Source: Candidatus Oscillibacter pullicola
Lineage (GTDB): Bacteria; Bacillota; Clostridia; Oscillospirales; Oscillospiraceae
Length of the DNA: 64,000 nucleotides
Direction of reading: 5' to 3'
Assembly (NCBI GenBank): GCA_019118935.1
Contig: DWXY01000023.1
Location: 11,356 to 75,355 of the forward strand
The translations under genes were made by a program, and so were the position numbers. Shown here piece by piece: positions 40,134 to 49,780 of the stretch. How positions within the stretch are numbered: position 1 is the stretch's first letter; every line of letters starts with the position of its first letter. The notes beneath the pieces were generated by a model. That model ran no database searches. It worked only from the letters and a program-made list of their open reading frames with translations, and was not told the DNA's origin.

Positions 40134-40620
40134 AAGCGCCTCCCAGCATGTTCCGCAATTTTGCCTTACCCCGGTAGAGATACGTGCTGACCTGGCTGGC
40201 CGTGCAGCCCATCAGCGCCCCGATCTCCGCTGGCTCATATCCTTCGTAATACCGCAGGTACACCGCCTGCCGGTACTTCTCCGGCAGGGCCTGCACCGCC
40301 GCCAGCACGGGGCTCTCCCCCGGCTCCGGCAGGTGGACCGCCGCGCGGGCCGCCGCCTCCAACGGCAGGCGCCGCCGGACCCAGGCGGATTTCTTCCAGT
40401 CCTTGCAGCAGTTGACGGCCACCCGGACCACCCAGGCCCGCTCCAGCCGCTCCTCCGCAAAGCGGCGGGGACTGGTCAGCAGCTTCAAAAGCACCGTCTG
40501 ACAGATGTCCTGGGCGTCGTGGACGCTGCCCGTCCAGGTCCAGGCGATCCTCAGCACGGTGTCCGACCACTGCTCTACCAGCTTCTCCGCCTCCTGGCGG
40601 GTATATGTGATTGCTTCCGT
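40108..40620 (-). CDS. ECF RNA polymerase sigma factor (start codon atypical, see findings)
   Basis: DAQDICQTVLLKL, AWVVRVAVNCCKD, LPEKYRQAVYLRYYEGY...EIGALMG. Confidence 0.85.
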   Translation of the reverse strand, partial: TEAITYTRQEAEKLVEQWSDTVLRIAWTWTGSVHDAQDICQTVLLKLLTSPRRFAEERLERAWVVRVAVNCCKDWKKSAWVRRRLPLEAAARAAVHLPEPGESPVLAAVQALPEKYRQAVYLRYYEGYEPAEIGALMGCTASQVSTYLYRGKAKLRNMLGGAYGQECLSE

Positions 40621-40742
40621 ACGATCAACTCCTTTGCCGGCGCCGTTCTGCTGATAAAACGAATGAGGGGGCCGCCATCTGGCAGGACAGGCAGAAAAAA
40701 TCCGCCGGGCCGAAGCCCGGCGGATGGGTGCGCTGTGAAAAG

Positions 40743-41969
40743 TTACTGCACCACGGCCTTGTGGTAGACCTTCTTGCCCTTCTTGATGATGACGCCGTCG
40801 CCCGCGAAGTCCGCCTGGTCAAAGGCGGCGTCGATGCTCTCCACCTTCTTGTCGTTCACCGTGACGCCGCCCTGCTGGATCAGGCGGCGGGCCTCGCCGT
40901 TGGAGGCGCAGAGGCCGCAGCCCACCAGCAGCTTCATGACGCCGATGGCGCCGTTTTCAAACTGGGCGGCGGTCAGGGTGGTGGTGGGCATGTGGGCGCT
41001 GTCGCCACCGCCGCCGAACAGGGCCCGGGCGGCCTCCTGGGCCTTCTCCGCCTCGGCCTCGCCGTGGACCAGCTTGGTCAGCTCGTAGGCCAGAATCTCC
41101 TTGGCGGTGTTCAGCTGGCTGCCCTGCCAGGTGTCCATCTCGTCGATCTGCTCCAGGGGCAGGAAGGTCAGCATCCGGATGCACTTGAGGACGTCCGCGT
41201 CCCCCACGTTCCGCCAGTACTGGTAGAAGTCGTAGGGAGAGGTCTTGTTGGGATCCAGCCACACGGCGCCGCTGGCGGTCTTGCCCATCTTCTTGCCCTC
41301 GGAGTTCATCAGCAGGGTGATGGTCATGGCATAGGCGTCCTTGCCCAGCTTCCGGCGGATCAGCTCCGTGCCGGCCAGCATGTTGCTCCACTGGTCGTCG
41401 CCGCCGAACTGCATGTTGCAGCCCACGGTCTGGAACATGTGGTAGAAGTCATAGGCCTGCATGATCATATAGTTGAACTCCAGGAAGCTGAGGCCCTTTT
41501 CCATCCGCTGCTTGTAGCACTCGGCCCGCAGCATGTTGTTGACGGAGAAGCAGGCGCCCACCTCCCGCAGCAGCTCGATATAGTTCAGCTTCAGCAGCCA
41601 GTCGGCGTTGTTCAGCATCAGGGCCTTGCCCTCGCCGAACTCGATGAACCGCTCCATCTGCTTCTTGAAGCAGTCGCAGTTGTGCTGGATGGTCTCCGGC
41701 GTCATCATGGAGCGCATGTCCGTCCGGCCGGAGGGGTCGCCGATATAGCCGGTGCCGCCGCCGATCAGGGCGATGGGCCGGTTGCCCGCCATCTGCAGCC
41801 GCTTCATCAGGCACAGGGCCATGAAGTGGCCCACGTGCAGGCTGTCCGCCGTGGGGTCAAAGCCGATATAGAACGTGGCCTTGCCGTTGTTCACCAGCTC
41901 CCGGATCTCCTCCTCGTCCGTTACTTGGGCAATCAGGCCCCGGGCCTTCAGTTCCTCGTAGATCTGCAT
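40743..41969 (-). CDS. tyrS: Tyrosine--tRNA ligase
   Basis: YIGFDPTADSLHVGH, QFGGDDQWSN, KMGKT, C-terminal S4 domain. Confidence 0.97.
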   Translation of the reverse strand: MQIYEELKARGLIAQVTDEEEIRELVNNGKATFYIGFDPTADSLHVGHFMALCLMKRLQMAGNRPIALIGGGTGYIGDPSGRTDMRSMMTPETIQHNCDCFKKQMERFIEFGEGKALMLNNADWLLKLNYIELLREVGACFSVNNMLRAECYKQRMEKGLSFLEFNYMIMQAYDFYHMFQTVGCNMQFGGDDQWSNMLAGTELIRRKLGKDAYAMTITLLMNSEGKKMGKTASGAVWLDPNKTSPYDFYQYWRNVGDADVLKCIRMLTFLPLEQIDEMDTWQGSQLNTAKEILAYELTKLVHGEAEAEKAQEAARALFGGGGDSAHMPTTTLTAAQFENGAIGVMKLLVGCGLCASNGEARRLIQQGGVTVNDKKVESIDAAFDQADFAGDGVIIKKGKKVYHKAVVQ

Positions 41970-42014
41970 GATTTGTCTCTCCTTTTGTCCATGTTCAAAT
42001 TCTGGGACAGGTAT

Positions 42015-42285
42015 GAAAAAACGCCCTCTGTCCCCCAGGGGACAGAGGGCGAGAAGGTCTCGCGGTACCACCTCTGTTCGCGCCGTCCTCGCGGGCGGAC
42101 GCCTCGGGCCGTGCGGACACACGGCGGCGCTGTAACGGGCGCTCCCGGAGCACGCCTACTGGGCCGAAGGCCGTTTGGGTGCCAGCTCCGCGGTGTATTC
42201 GCCGGGCTCCGCCCGCCTCTTTCCACCAGACCAGAGGCTCTCTTGGGGGCGGTCTTCCCGGGTACTGCTCCACTTCATCACTGTA
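42015..42285 (-). ncRNA. T-box riboswitch, Tyr (UAC specifier)
   Basis: GAA-TAC specifier (TAC at 42195-42197); AGAGGTGGTACCGCG T-box; terminator stem 42022-42051 + T-run. Confidence 0.92.
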
Positions 42286-42291
42286 AGAGGT

Positions 42292-42320
42292 ATTCTAGCC
42301 GATTTTTCACAGCTTGTCAA
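42292..42320 (-). promoter_or_regulatory. sigma-A promoter of tyrS
   Basis: TTGACA-N17-TAGAAT. Confidence 0.8.
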
Positions 42321-42591
42321 CGGGTGGACGACCTTTCTTTTTGCGGAAAAAATCGTATACGCCCTTCTGGCAGTCGTCCTCGTCCGCCTGTTCCAGCATC
42401 CCGTGGAGACGGCTCTCCGCCTCCTGAAGCGGGGCGCAGGCGCAGGGTGTCCGCCGCAGGATCTTCAGGACCTCATACATCTCGCCGCTGAGCCGCAGAT
42501 AGAGGTACTTGTACCGGATGTTCTCCTCCGCTTTCTCCTTATAGAATTCCGCTTCCCGCCTGTATGCCTCCGCCGTTTCCAGGTCGTCCAT
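42307..42591 (-). CDS. Hypothetical protein (94 aa)
   Basis: AAGGAGG RBS + ATG; helical and charged; no recognised family. Confidence 0.55.
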   Translation of the reverse strand: MDDLETAEAYRREAEFYKEKAEENIRYKYLYLRLSGEMYEVLKILRRTPCACAPLQEAESRLHGMLEQADEDDCQKGVYDFFRKKKGRPPVDKL

Positions 42592-42697
42592 TCTGGCACC
42601 TCCTTAAAATTTTGTGTCTATATTCTAGTACGCTTTTTACATAGTAACTCGTTTTGTACTTAAAATCAACTTATATTCTACTGAAATGGAGTTTACT

Positions 42698-42883
42698 ATG
42701 AAAAAGCCACGGGACAGTCATCTTGGATTTCGCATGGATAAGGAGACACATGACAAGCTGTTTTATATCGCGGAATATGAAGGACGAACAGGCAGCGGGC
42801 AGATTCTGTACCTGATCCGCCGCTGTATCACGGAGTTCGAGCAGGTCCACGGCAAAATCAATCTGGAGGACCCCCGGGACTGA
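42698..42883 (+). CDS. Small ribbon-helix-helix (Arc/TraY-like) DNA-binding protein
   Basis: HLGFRMDKETHDKLFYIAEYEGRT...LIRRCI beta-alpha-alpha pattern. Confidence 0.7.
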   Translation: MKKPRDSHLGFRMDKETHDKLFYIAEYEGRTGSGQILYLIRRCITEFEQVHGKINLEDPRD

Positions 42884-42990
42884 CGAAGCCCTCCTCTCTC
42901 CGTCCGGCGCGGTTTTCTGCGGCGGGCTTGATTTTCGCGCCTGCGGCCGCTATGATAGGATACAGATATTTTTCAGAAGCGAGGTGCCCT

Positions 42991-43779
42991 ATGCCCCAAG
43001 AGCCCAGACAGCGGGACGGCTGCCGATTCACCGCACAAAACATCACAGAGGCCCAGGAGAAGAACCCCTTTGCCAAGATCTCCGACATCGTCTATGAACT
43101 GCTGGAGAAGGCCATCTTCTCCTCCGCCATCCCGCCGGGGAGCAAGCTGAACATCTCCAAGCTGGCGGAGCAGATGGGAGTCAGCACCTCCCCGGTGACC
43201 CGGGCGGTGGAGCGGCTGGAGGAAAACGGCCTGGTGACCGCCGTCCGCAGCAGCGACAGCAAATACCGCAGCTACTTCGTCTTTGATCTCAGCGGCGAGT
43301 CCCTGGAGGACCTGTTCGTGGCCCGGCGAGCCATCGAAGGGGAGGCGGCCTTCCTCTGCGCCCAGAAGCGGACCCTCATCGACCTGCCCAGGCTCCAAAA
43401 GCTGGCGGACCAGTTCCAGACCGCCTGGCAGGACTTCGCCCAGGATCTGGACTCCGCCCCCACCGTCTCCGAGCGGGCCAAGATCGACCTGGAGTTCCAC
43501 CACCAGCTGGTGCTGACCACGGAGAACAAATATCTGATCGACATGTTCGAGACCTTGCAGGGCACCCTTCACTACCTGTCCATCCGCTCCTGCGAGTTCG
43601 TGGCCACGGAGCGGAAAAAGGACAACCTGATCGTCATGGGCTCCCAGCACGTGGCCATCTGCTCCGCCATCGGCCTGGGGCTGCCGGAGCTGGCCCGCTC
43701 CGCCATGGAGCGACACATCGACTTCTGCTGCAACCGCTGTCTCATCAACCGCACCTTCCACGCCGCCGGCTCCCGCTGA
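42991..43779 (+). CDS. GntR (FadR-type) transcriptional regulator
   Basis: IPPGSKLNISKLAEQMGVSTSPVTRAVERLEENGLV; FCD domain with FHHQLV...H. Confidence 0.9.
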   Translation: MPQEPRQRDGCRFTAQNITEAQEKNPFAKISDIVYELLEKAIFSSAIPPGSKLNISKLAEQMGVSTSPVTRAVERLEENGLVTAVRSSDSKYRSYFVFDLSGESLEDLFVARRAIEGEAAFLCAQKRTLIDLPRLQKLADQFQTAWQDFAQDLDSAPTVSERAKIDLEFHHQLVLTTENKYLIDMFETLQGTLHYLSIRSCEFVATERKKDNLIVMGSQHVAICSAIGLGLPELARSAMERHIDFCCNRCLINRTFHAAGSR

Positions 43780-43795
43780 CGGCAGAACGAGAAAG

Positions 43796-43824
43796 CCCCC
43801 AAGGCTGTCCGCCTTGGGGGTTTC
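43796..43824. terminator. Terminator between convergent gntR and PFOR
   Basis: CCCCCAAGG...CCTTGGGGG stem. Confidence 0.6.
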
Positions 43825-43854
43825 CCGTTTATAGGAGTGTGGATTTCAGCAAAT

Positions 43855-46800
43855 TCAGTTCTGGGCTGCCAGCTTCTCGTAGTGGGCGTACCGGGCGGCG
43901 CACTGCTCCTCCGCCTCGGCGAAGAGCTGCTCGGCGATCTGGGGGAAGGTGCGGGTCAGGCCGGAGAACCGGACCTCGCCCATCATGAACTCCCGCAGCT
44001 TGCCGTTGGGGGCCTTGCTGTCCAGCTGGAAGGGGTTCTTCCCCTCCGCCGCCAGCTCGGGGCTGTAGCGGAACAGCGGCCAGTAGCCGCACTCCACCGC
44101 CAGCTTCTGCTCCGCCTGGCTCACCTTCATGCTCTTGGCGATGCCGTGGTTGATGCAGGGGGCGTAGGCGATGATCAGGGACGGGCCCTTGTGGGCCTCG
44201 GCCTCCTTCAGGGCCTTCACCACGTGGGCGGGGTTGGCGCCCATGGACACCTGGGCCACATACACATGGCCGTAGTTCATGGCGATCATGCCCAGGTCCT
44301 TCTTGGGGGTCTTTTTGCCGCTGGCGGCGAACTGGGCCACCGCGCCGATGGGCGTGGCCTTGGAGGCCTGGCCGCCGGTGTTGGCGTACAGCTCGTTGTC
44401 CACCACCAGGATGTTCACGTCGATGCCGGAGGCCAGCACGTGGTCCAATCCGCCGTAGCCGATGTCATAGGCCCAGCCGTCGCCGCCGTACATCCACATG
44501 GTCTTTTTCACCAGCTGGTCGGCGTTGTCCCGCAGGAACTTCACGTCGGCGTTGGAATCGGAGGTGTTGTTCAGGGCGGCGATCAGGGCGTCGGACACGG
44601 CCCGGGTCTTGTCGCCGTCGTCTCCGTCCTGCAGCCAGCTCTCCAGGGCGGCCTTCAGGGCAGCGTCGGAGGTGGTGTCCAGGGCGGCCTTGGCGTGGGT
44701 CTTGACCTGGGTGCGCTGCTGGTCCACGGACAGGCACATGCCCAGGGAGTACTCGGCGTTGTTCTCAAACAGGGAGTTGGACAGGGCCGGGCCGTGGCCG
44801 GCGGAGTCCTTTACCATGGGGATGGAGGGCACGGACAGGAACATGGCCTGGGCGCAGCCGGTGGCGTTGGCGATGTACATCCGCTCGCCGAACAGCTGGG
44901 TCATCAGCTTCATGTAAGGGGTCTCGCCGCAGCCGGCGCAGGCGCCGGAGAACTCCATCAGTGGCCGCTGGAACTGGCTGCCCCGGACGGTGAACTTGTC
45001 CAGGGGGTTGGCCTTTTCAGACAGGGACAGGCAGTGATCCCAGTTGTCCTGCTCCGGCATCTGGGACTCCAGGGGCTTCATCACCAGGGCCTTCTCCTTG
45101 GCGAGGCACACGTCGGCGCAGCTGCCGCAGCCCTGGCAGTCCAGGGGATCCACCTGGATGCGGAAGGTGTAGTTCTCCATTCCCTTGCCGTTGGCCTTAC
45201 GGGTGACGCAGCCGGCGGGAGCCTGCTCCGCCTCCTCCCGGGTGAACAGGAAGGGCCGGACGGCGGCGTGGGGGCACACCAGAGCGCACTGATTGCAGCC
45301 GATGCAGTTGTCCGGCAGCCACTGGGGCACATCCACGGCGATGCCGCGCTTTTCATACTTGGAGGTCTCCACCTCCGTCACGCCGTCCGCCAGGGGCAGG
45401 AACTTGCTGACGGGGATCTTGTCGCCGGCCTGGGCGTTGACGGGGATCAGCACGTCCCGGACGTAGTCCGGCACATTGGCTGTCTCGGTCTGCTCCAGGG
45501 GCTCGTCGGGCAGGTCCTTCCAGCTGTCGGGGACTTGGATCTCCTCCACGGACTGGAGGCCCCGGTCCACGGCGGCGTAGTTCATGTTCAGGACCTTGTC
45601 GCCCTTCTTGAAGTAGCTGTGGGTGATGGCGTCCTTCATGTACTGGACGGCTTCGTCCACCGGCAGCACGCCGGAGAGCTTGAAGAACGCCGCCTGGAGG
45701 ACCGTGTTGGTCCGGTTGCCCAGCCCCAGCTCCTGGGCGATGGACACGGCGTCGATGGTATAGAACTTCACGTGGTTCCGGGCCAGGGTCCGCTTCACGC
45801 GGTTGGGCAGATTCCGCTCCAGCTCCTCCCCCTTCCACAGGGTGTTCAACAGGAAGGTGCCGCCGGGCTTCACCTCGTGGACGATGTCGTAGGAGTGGAT
45901 GTAGCTCTGCTTGTGGCAGGCCACGAAGTCCGCCTGGGTGACGTAGTAGGCGGAGCGGATGGGCTCCTTGCCGAAGCGCAGGTGGCTCTTGGTGACACCG
46001 CCGGACTTCTTGGAGTCATACTCGAAATACGCCTGGACGTACTGGGGCGTGTTGTCGCCGATGATCTTGATGGAGTTCTTGTTGGCGCCCACGGTGCCGT
46101 CGGAGCCCAGGCCCCAGAACTTGCACTCGATGGTGGAGCCGCCGGCGGTGCTGATGTTCTCCCCCACGTCCAGAGAGCGGTGGGTCACATCGTCCACGAT
46201 GCCCACGGTGAAGTGGTTCTTCTGCTCCCCGGCCATGTTGTCGTACACGGCCACCATCTGGGCGGGGGTGGTGTCCTTGGAGCTGAGGCCGTACCGGCCG
46301 GCCAGCACCTTGATCCCACCCCGCCCGGCTTCCGCCAGGGCGGTGCACACGTCCTCATACAGGGGCTCGCCGATGGCGCCGGGCTCCTTGGTCCGGTCCA
46401 GGACGGAGATGGTCTTGACGGTCTCCGGCAGCTTGGAGAGGAAGTGGGACACGGAGAAGGGCCGGTACAGGTGGACCTGGATCATGCCCACCTTCTGGCC
46501 CTGGGCGTTCAGGTAGTCGATGACCTCCCCCAGAGTGCCGCAGACGCTGCCCATGGCGATGACCACCCGGTCCGCGTCCGGCGCGCCGTAGTAGTTGAAC
46601 AGCTGGTAGTCCCGGCCCGTCAGGTCGCTGATGGCCTTCATGTACTCCTCCACGATGGCGGGCAGGCGGTCATAGGCGCCGTTGCAGGCCTCCCGGTGCT
46701 GGAAGAAGGTGTCCGGGTTCTGGACGGTGTTGCGGACGGTGGGATGCTCGCTGTTCAGGGCACGGGCCTTGAAGCGGCGGACGGCGTCCCAGTCCACCAG

Positions 46801-47382
46801 GCGGCTCATGTCGTCGTAGTCCAGTACCTCGATCTTCTGGATCTCGTGAGAGGTGCGGAAGCCCTCGAAGAAGTGCTGGAAGGGGATGCTGCCCTTGATG
46901 GCGGCGAGATGGGCCACGGCGCCCAGGTCCATGCACTCCTGCACGCTGGAGGAGGCCAGCTGGGCGAAGCCCGTCTGGCGGCAGCCCATGACGTCGGAGT
47001 GGTCGCCGAAGATGGACAGGCCGTGGGTGGACACCGTCCGGGCGGAGACGTGCATGACGCCGGGCAGCATGGAGCCCGCGATCCGGTACATGGGCGGGAT
47101 CATCAGCAGCAGGCCCTGGGAGGCGGTGTAGGTGGTGGCCAGGGAGCCGGTCTCCAACGCGCCGTGCATGGCGCCGCAGGCGCCGGACTCGGCCTGGAGC
47201 TCCATCAGCTTCACCGGCTGGCCGAAGATGTTCTTCATGCCGGCGGCGGCCCACTCATCCACGTGGTCCGCCATGGGGCTGGAGGGCGTGATGGGGTAGA
47301 TCGTCGCGACTTCCGTGAACGCATAGGAGATATAGGCGGCTGCCTCGTTGCCGTCCATGGTCTTGAATTTCTTGAGGCTCAT
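43855..47382 (-). CDS. nifJ: Pyruvate:ferredoxin (flavodoxin) oxidoreductase
   Basis: MDGNEAAA, YPITPSSPM, GLGSDGTVGANK, two CxxCxxC ferredoxin motifs, ACAGCGETPY, GGDGWAYDIG. Confidence 0.96.
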   Translation of the reverse strand: MSLKKFKTMDGNEAAAYISYAFTEVATIYPITPSSPMADHVDEWAAAGMKNIFGQPVKLMELQAESGACGAMHGALETGSLATTYTASQGLLLMIPPMYRIAGSMLPGVMHVSARTVSTHGLSIFGDHSDVMGCRQTGFAQLASSSVQECMDLGAVAHLAAIKGSIPFQHFFEGFRTSHEIQKIEVLDYDDMSRLVDWDAVRRFKARALNSEHPTVRNTVQNPDTFFQHREACNGAYDRLPAIVEEYMKAISDLTGRDYQLFNYYGAPDADRVVIAMGSVCGTLGEVIDYLNAQGQKVGMIQVHLYRPFSVSHFLSKLPETVKTISVLDRTKEPGAIGEPLYEDVCTALAEAGRGGIKVLAGRYGLSSKDTTPAQMVAVYDNMAGEQKNHFTVGIVDDVTHRSLDVGENISTAGGSTIECKFWGLGSDGTVGANKNSIKIIGDNTPQYVQAYFEYDSKKSGGVTKSHLRFGKEPIRSAYYVTQADFVACHKQSYIHSYDIVHEVKPGGTFLLNTLWKGEELERNLPNRVKRTLARNHVKFYTIDAVSIAQELGLGNRTNTVLQAAFFKLSGVLPVDEAVQYMKDAITHSYFKKGDKVLNMNYAAVDRGLQSVEEIQVPDSWKDLPDEPLEQTETANVPDYVRDVLIPVNAQAGDKIPVSKFLPLADGVTEVETSKYEKRGIAVDVPQWLPDNCIGCNQCALVCPHAAVRPFLFTREEAEQAPAGCVTRKANGKGMENYTFRIQVDPLDCQGCGSCADVCLAKEKALVMKPLESQMPEQDNWDHCLSLSEKANPLDKFTVRGSQFQRPLMEFSGACAGCGETPYMKLMTQLFGERMYIANATGCAQAMFLSVPSIPMVKDSAGHGPALSNSLFENNAEYSLGMCLSVDQQRTQVKTHAKAALDTTSDAALKAALESWLQDGDDGDKTRAVSDALIAALNNTSDSNADVKFLRDNADQLVKKTMWMYGGDGWAYDIGYGGLDHVLASGIDVNILVVDNELYANTGGQASKATPIGAVAQFAASGKKTPKKDLGMIAMNYGHVYVAQVSMGANPAHVVKALKEAEAHKGPSLIIAYAPCINHGIAKSMKVSQAEQKLAVECGYWPLFRYSPELAAEGKNPFQLDSKAPNGKLREFMMGEVRFSGLTRTFPQIAEQLFAEAEEQCAARYAHYEKLAAQN

Positions 47383-47653
47383 GCGGTTTCGCTCCTTTTT
47401 CCCGTCCCCCTGGGGAGGACAGCGTGATTTCCTTTCCTACTTTACCGCAGGGGGAAACCTCCTGTCCAAATCCATGGAATTTTTGAAAAATCCCACGGAT
47501 TTTTCACGGATGTGGACAGCAATCTCCCCGGTCTTCCGGGGAGTTTTTGTTCCCGGCCGCGCTTTTTCCACCTGGGCCGCGGCAGGCGGATTCCCACGGG
47601 CCATGCGCATTTTGAACAAAGTATCCGGCCTGAATTTTTGGGAAAAACGGCTT

Positions 47654-47683
47654 TTGAAAGCCCCCAGCCGGATTTGGTATAAT
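47654..47683 (+). promoter_or_regulatory. sigma-A promoter
   Basis: TTGAAA-N18-TATAAT with an extended TG. Confidence 0.6.
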
Positions 47684-47749
47684 AGAATTACCGTCAGGGA
47701 CCTGCCGGCGCGGCCCAAGCGGACCGCGCACCGTGGAAGGGGGAGGTAA

Positions 47750-48283
47750 ATGCCCGGCAAAAACGACTATGTCCACTATGGAGCCTACGGCGTCTGCCAG
47801 GTGGAGGACCTTCGGTCCATCCGATTCGGTCCGGACACACCGCGCCGGGAGTATTACGTGCTCCGGCCCGTGGACCAGGACGGGGCCTGCATCTACGTGC
47901 CGGCGGACAATCCCACGCTGACCGGCCGGATGCGTCCGGTCCTGTCCCGGGGCGAGGTCGACCGGCTGCTGGCCAGCGTCCGGGAGGAGCGCCTGCCCTG
48001 GGTGGAGGACCGCAGGCAGCGGCTGGACGCCTTCCGGGACATCCTGTGCCGGGGCGACGAGCGGGAGCTCCTACTGCTGGCCCGCTGTCTGTACCAGAAG
48101 TCCCTGGAGAGCGAGCGGGGCCTTGCCTCCACGGACGCACAGATCCTGAAAAAGGCGGAGTCCATGATCGCCCAGGCATTTTCCTTCTCTCTCCGCATCG
48201 GCCCGCAGCAGGTCGGCGGCTACATCCGGCGGAAGCTGGACCTGACCGCGGAATCCTGCGCGCCAGCCCGCCCAAAAGAATAG
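47750..48283 (+). CDS. CarD/CdnL-like protein
   Basis: DYVHYGAYGVCQVEDL...EYYVLRP...IYVP...MRPVLS (CarD RID-like), then a helical C-terminal domain. Confidence 0.8.
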   Translation: MPGKNDYVHYGAYGVCQVEDLRSIRFGPDTPRREYYVLRPVDQDGACIYVPADNPTLTGRMRPVLSRGEVDRLLASVREERLPWVEDRRQRLDAFRDILCRGDERELLLLARCLYQKSLESERGLASTDAQILKKAESMIAQAFSFSLRIGPQQVGGYIRRKLDLTAESCAPARPKE

Positions 48284-48296
48284 GAGGAATTTCACC

Positions 48297-48536
48297 ATGA
48301 AACGCATCAAAGAAGCGTGTCTTCTGCAGACGATCCACTTTCAGCTGAAGGAAGACCTGGAGCACGACGCCGCCGTCCAGGCGGTCCGGGCCGAGGTGGA
48401 GCACTACAAGACCCAGCTGGACCGCAGCCGCACCCGGTATCAGATCACCGAGGAGGCGGAGCAGCCCGACAGCTCCATCCTCATCCATATCAAAAAGCAG
48501 TACAACAACCACAGCTGCGGCGCGTACATGGACTGA
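48297..48536 (+). CDS. Conserved small hypothetical protein (79 aa)
   Basis: AGGAGG RBS; MKRIKEACLLQTIHF...IKKQYN. Confidence 0.75.
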   Translation: MKRIKEACLLQTIHFQLKEDLEHDAAVQAVRAEVEHYKTQLDRSRTRYQITEEAEQPDSSILIHIKKQYNNHSCGAYMD

Positions 48537-48666
48537 CCGCCGCCAGCGGCCCCGGTGCCGGGCACGTTCCCGCCGCCGGGGCCGCGCCGCATCCGCCGCC
48601 GTTTTCCGGCTTTTTCCGGCATGGTTCGGCCCGGCGCGGGGCAAGCTATGGCGGAGGTGATCTGGA

Positions 48667-48813
48667 ATGCATGATGACGACCGCAAGGTGGAGCTCCCCC
48701 GGCGGGGAAAGCAGGAGAAGCCCATCCCCAGCGTCTATCCGGTGCTGGACACCGATCTGGCCCGGGACAACGTGGAAAACGACATCCCGGCGGCAGACCT
48801 GGAGGACCTGTGA
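48667..48813 (+). CDS. Unannotated 48-aa acidic small protein
   Basis: GGAGGTG RBS 7 nt before ATG; MHDDDRKVELPRRGKQEKPIPSVYPVLDTDLARDNVENDIPAADLEDL*; below the ORF-track cutoff. Confidence 0.6.
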   Translation: MHDDDRKVELPRRGKQEKPIPSVYPVLDTDLARDNVENDIPAADLEDL

Positions 48814-48853
48814 GGACTCCACACTTCTTCCCCACAGCTGGGAGGTGAAGCGA

Positions 48854-49069
48854 ATGGCAAGCATTTCCGTCTCCCTGGACCGGAACGCGGACCGGCACGA
48901 CGTGAAGCTGCTGAAGCGGGAGCTGGATACCCTGCCGGGCGTCACCTCCGTCAGCGTCAGCAGCGGCGGACAGCTGGCGGTGGACTACGACGCCACGGGC
49001 GTCCGGCAGGCGGACATTCTGGAAAAGATCCAGGCGCTGGGCTACCGCGTCCGGCAGGAGCACGCATAA
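48854..49069 (+). CDS. HMA-fold-like small protein lacking CxxC (71 aa)
   Basis: GGAGGTG RBS; LDTLPGVTSVSVS...VDYD...ILEKIQALGY pattern of HMA domains; no Cys. Confidence 0.7.
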   Translation: MASISVSLDRNADRHDVKLLKRELDTLPGVTSVSVSSGGQLAVDYDATGVRQADILEKIQALGYRVRQEHA

Positions 49070-49071
49070 CA

Positions 49072-49110
49072 AAACCGGGAGCCGGCCAAAAAGCCGGCTC
49101 CCGGTTTGTT
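49072..49110. terminator. Bidirectional terminator
   Basis: AAACCGGGAGCCGGC...GCCGGCTCCCGGTTT 15-bp stem. Confidence 0.75.
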
Positions 49111-49754
49111 TATGTTCCGTTGGCGGACTCCCGGGGGCCTGGAAGGAACTCCTCCCCCGCCGCCTCCATGGCCAGACTCCCCGCGGAGAGCTCCGTGAGG
49201 CGGGGGACGAACTGCTCCGCTCCGCCCGCCGGGAACGCCGCCCGCAGGCGGATGTCCGCGCCGTACTCCGTGTCCCGCACCACGCCGCCGCAGGCGGTGA
49301 TCTCCAGCTTCACCCGCTCGAAGAGGGGGTATGTGCAGGGCACATCCCACAGCGTCCACAGGCTCATGGTGCTGATGCCCACGGCGTCCAGGGCGTCCTT
49401 GGCCCCCTTGGTATAGGCCCGGGTCAGTCCCCCGGCCCCCAGCAGCACGCCGCCGAAGTACCTCGTCACCACGCAGCACACGTTGGTGACGCTCTCCCGC
49501 TGGAACACGTTCAGCATGGGCTGGCCCGCCGTGCCCTGGGGCTCCCCGTCGTCGGAGTAGCGGACCACGCCGCCCTCCTGCAGCAGATAGCACCAGCAGT
49601 TGTGGCGGGCGTCGTAGTAGCGCTTCTTCATCTCCTCGATGCGCTCCCGGGCCTCCGCCTCGGTCTCCACCCGCCAGATGTGGCTGATGAAGCGGGATCG
49701 CTTCTCCGTGAACTCGCTCTCCCCGTTTTCAAAGGGCACCCGATAGGTGGTCAT
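49110..49754 (-). CDS. YigZ/IMPACT family protein
   Basis: EKRSRFIS, ARHNCWCY, SDDGEPQGTAGQPML, VTRYFGGVLLGAGGLTRAY. Confidence 0.92.
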   Translation of the reverse strand: MTTYRVPFENGESEFTEKRSRFISHIWRVETEAEARERIEEMKKRYYDARHNCWCYLLQEGGVVRYSDDGEPQGTAGQPMLNVFQRESVTNVCCVVTRYFGGVLLGAGGLTRAYTKGAKDALDAVGISTMSLWTLWDVPCTYPLFERVKLEITACGGVVRDTEYGADIRLRAAFPAGGAEQFVPRLTELSAGSLAMEAAGEEFLPGPRESANGT

Positions 49755-49780
49755 GGCCGTCCTCCCTGTCCGCTCTGCGC

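Noticed and set aside
47400-47650. Possible Rex operator upstream of PFOR
   Set aside because: The best candidate (TTTTGAAAAATCCCACG) matches TTGTGAA-N4-TTCACAA poorly
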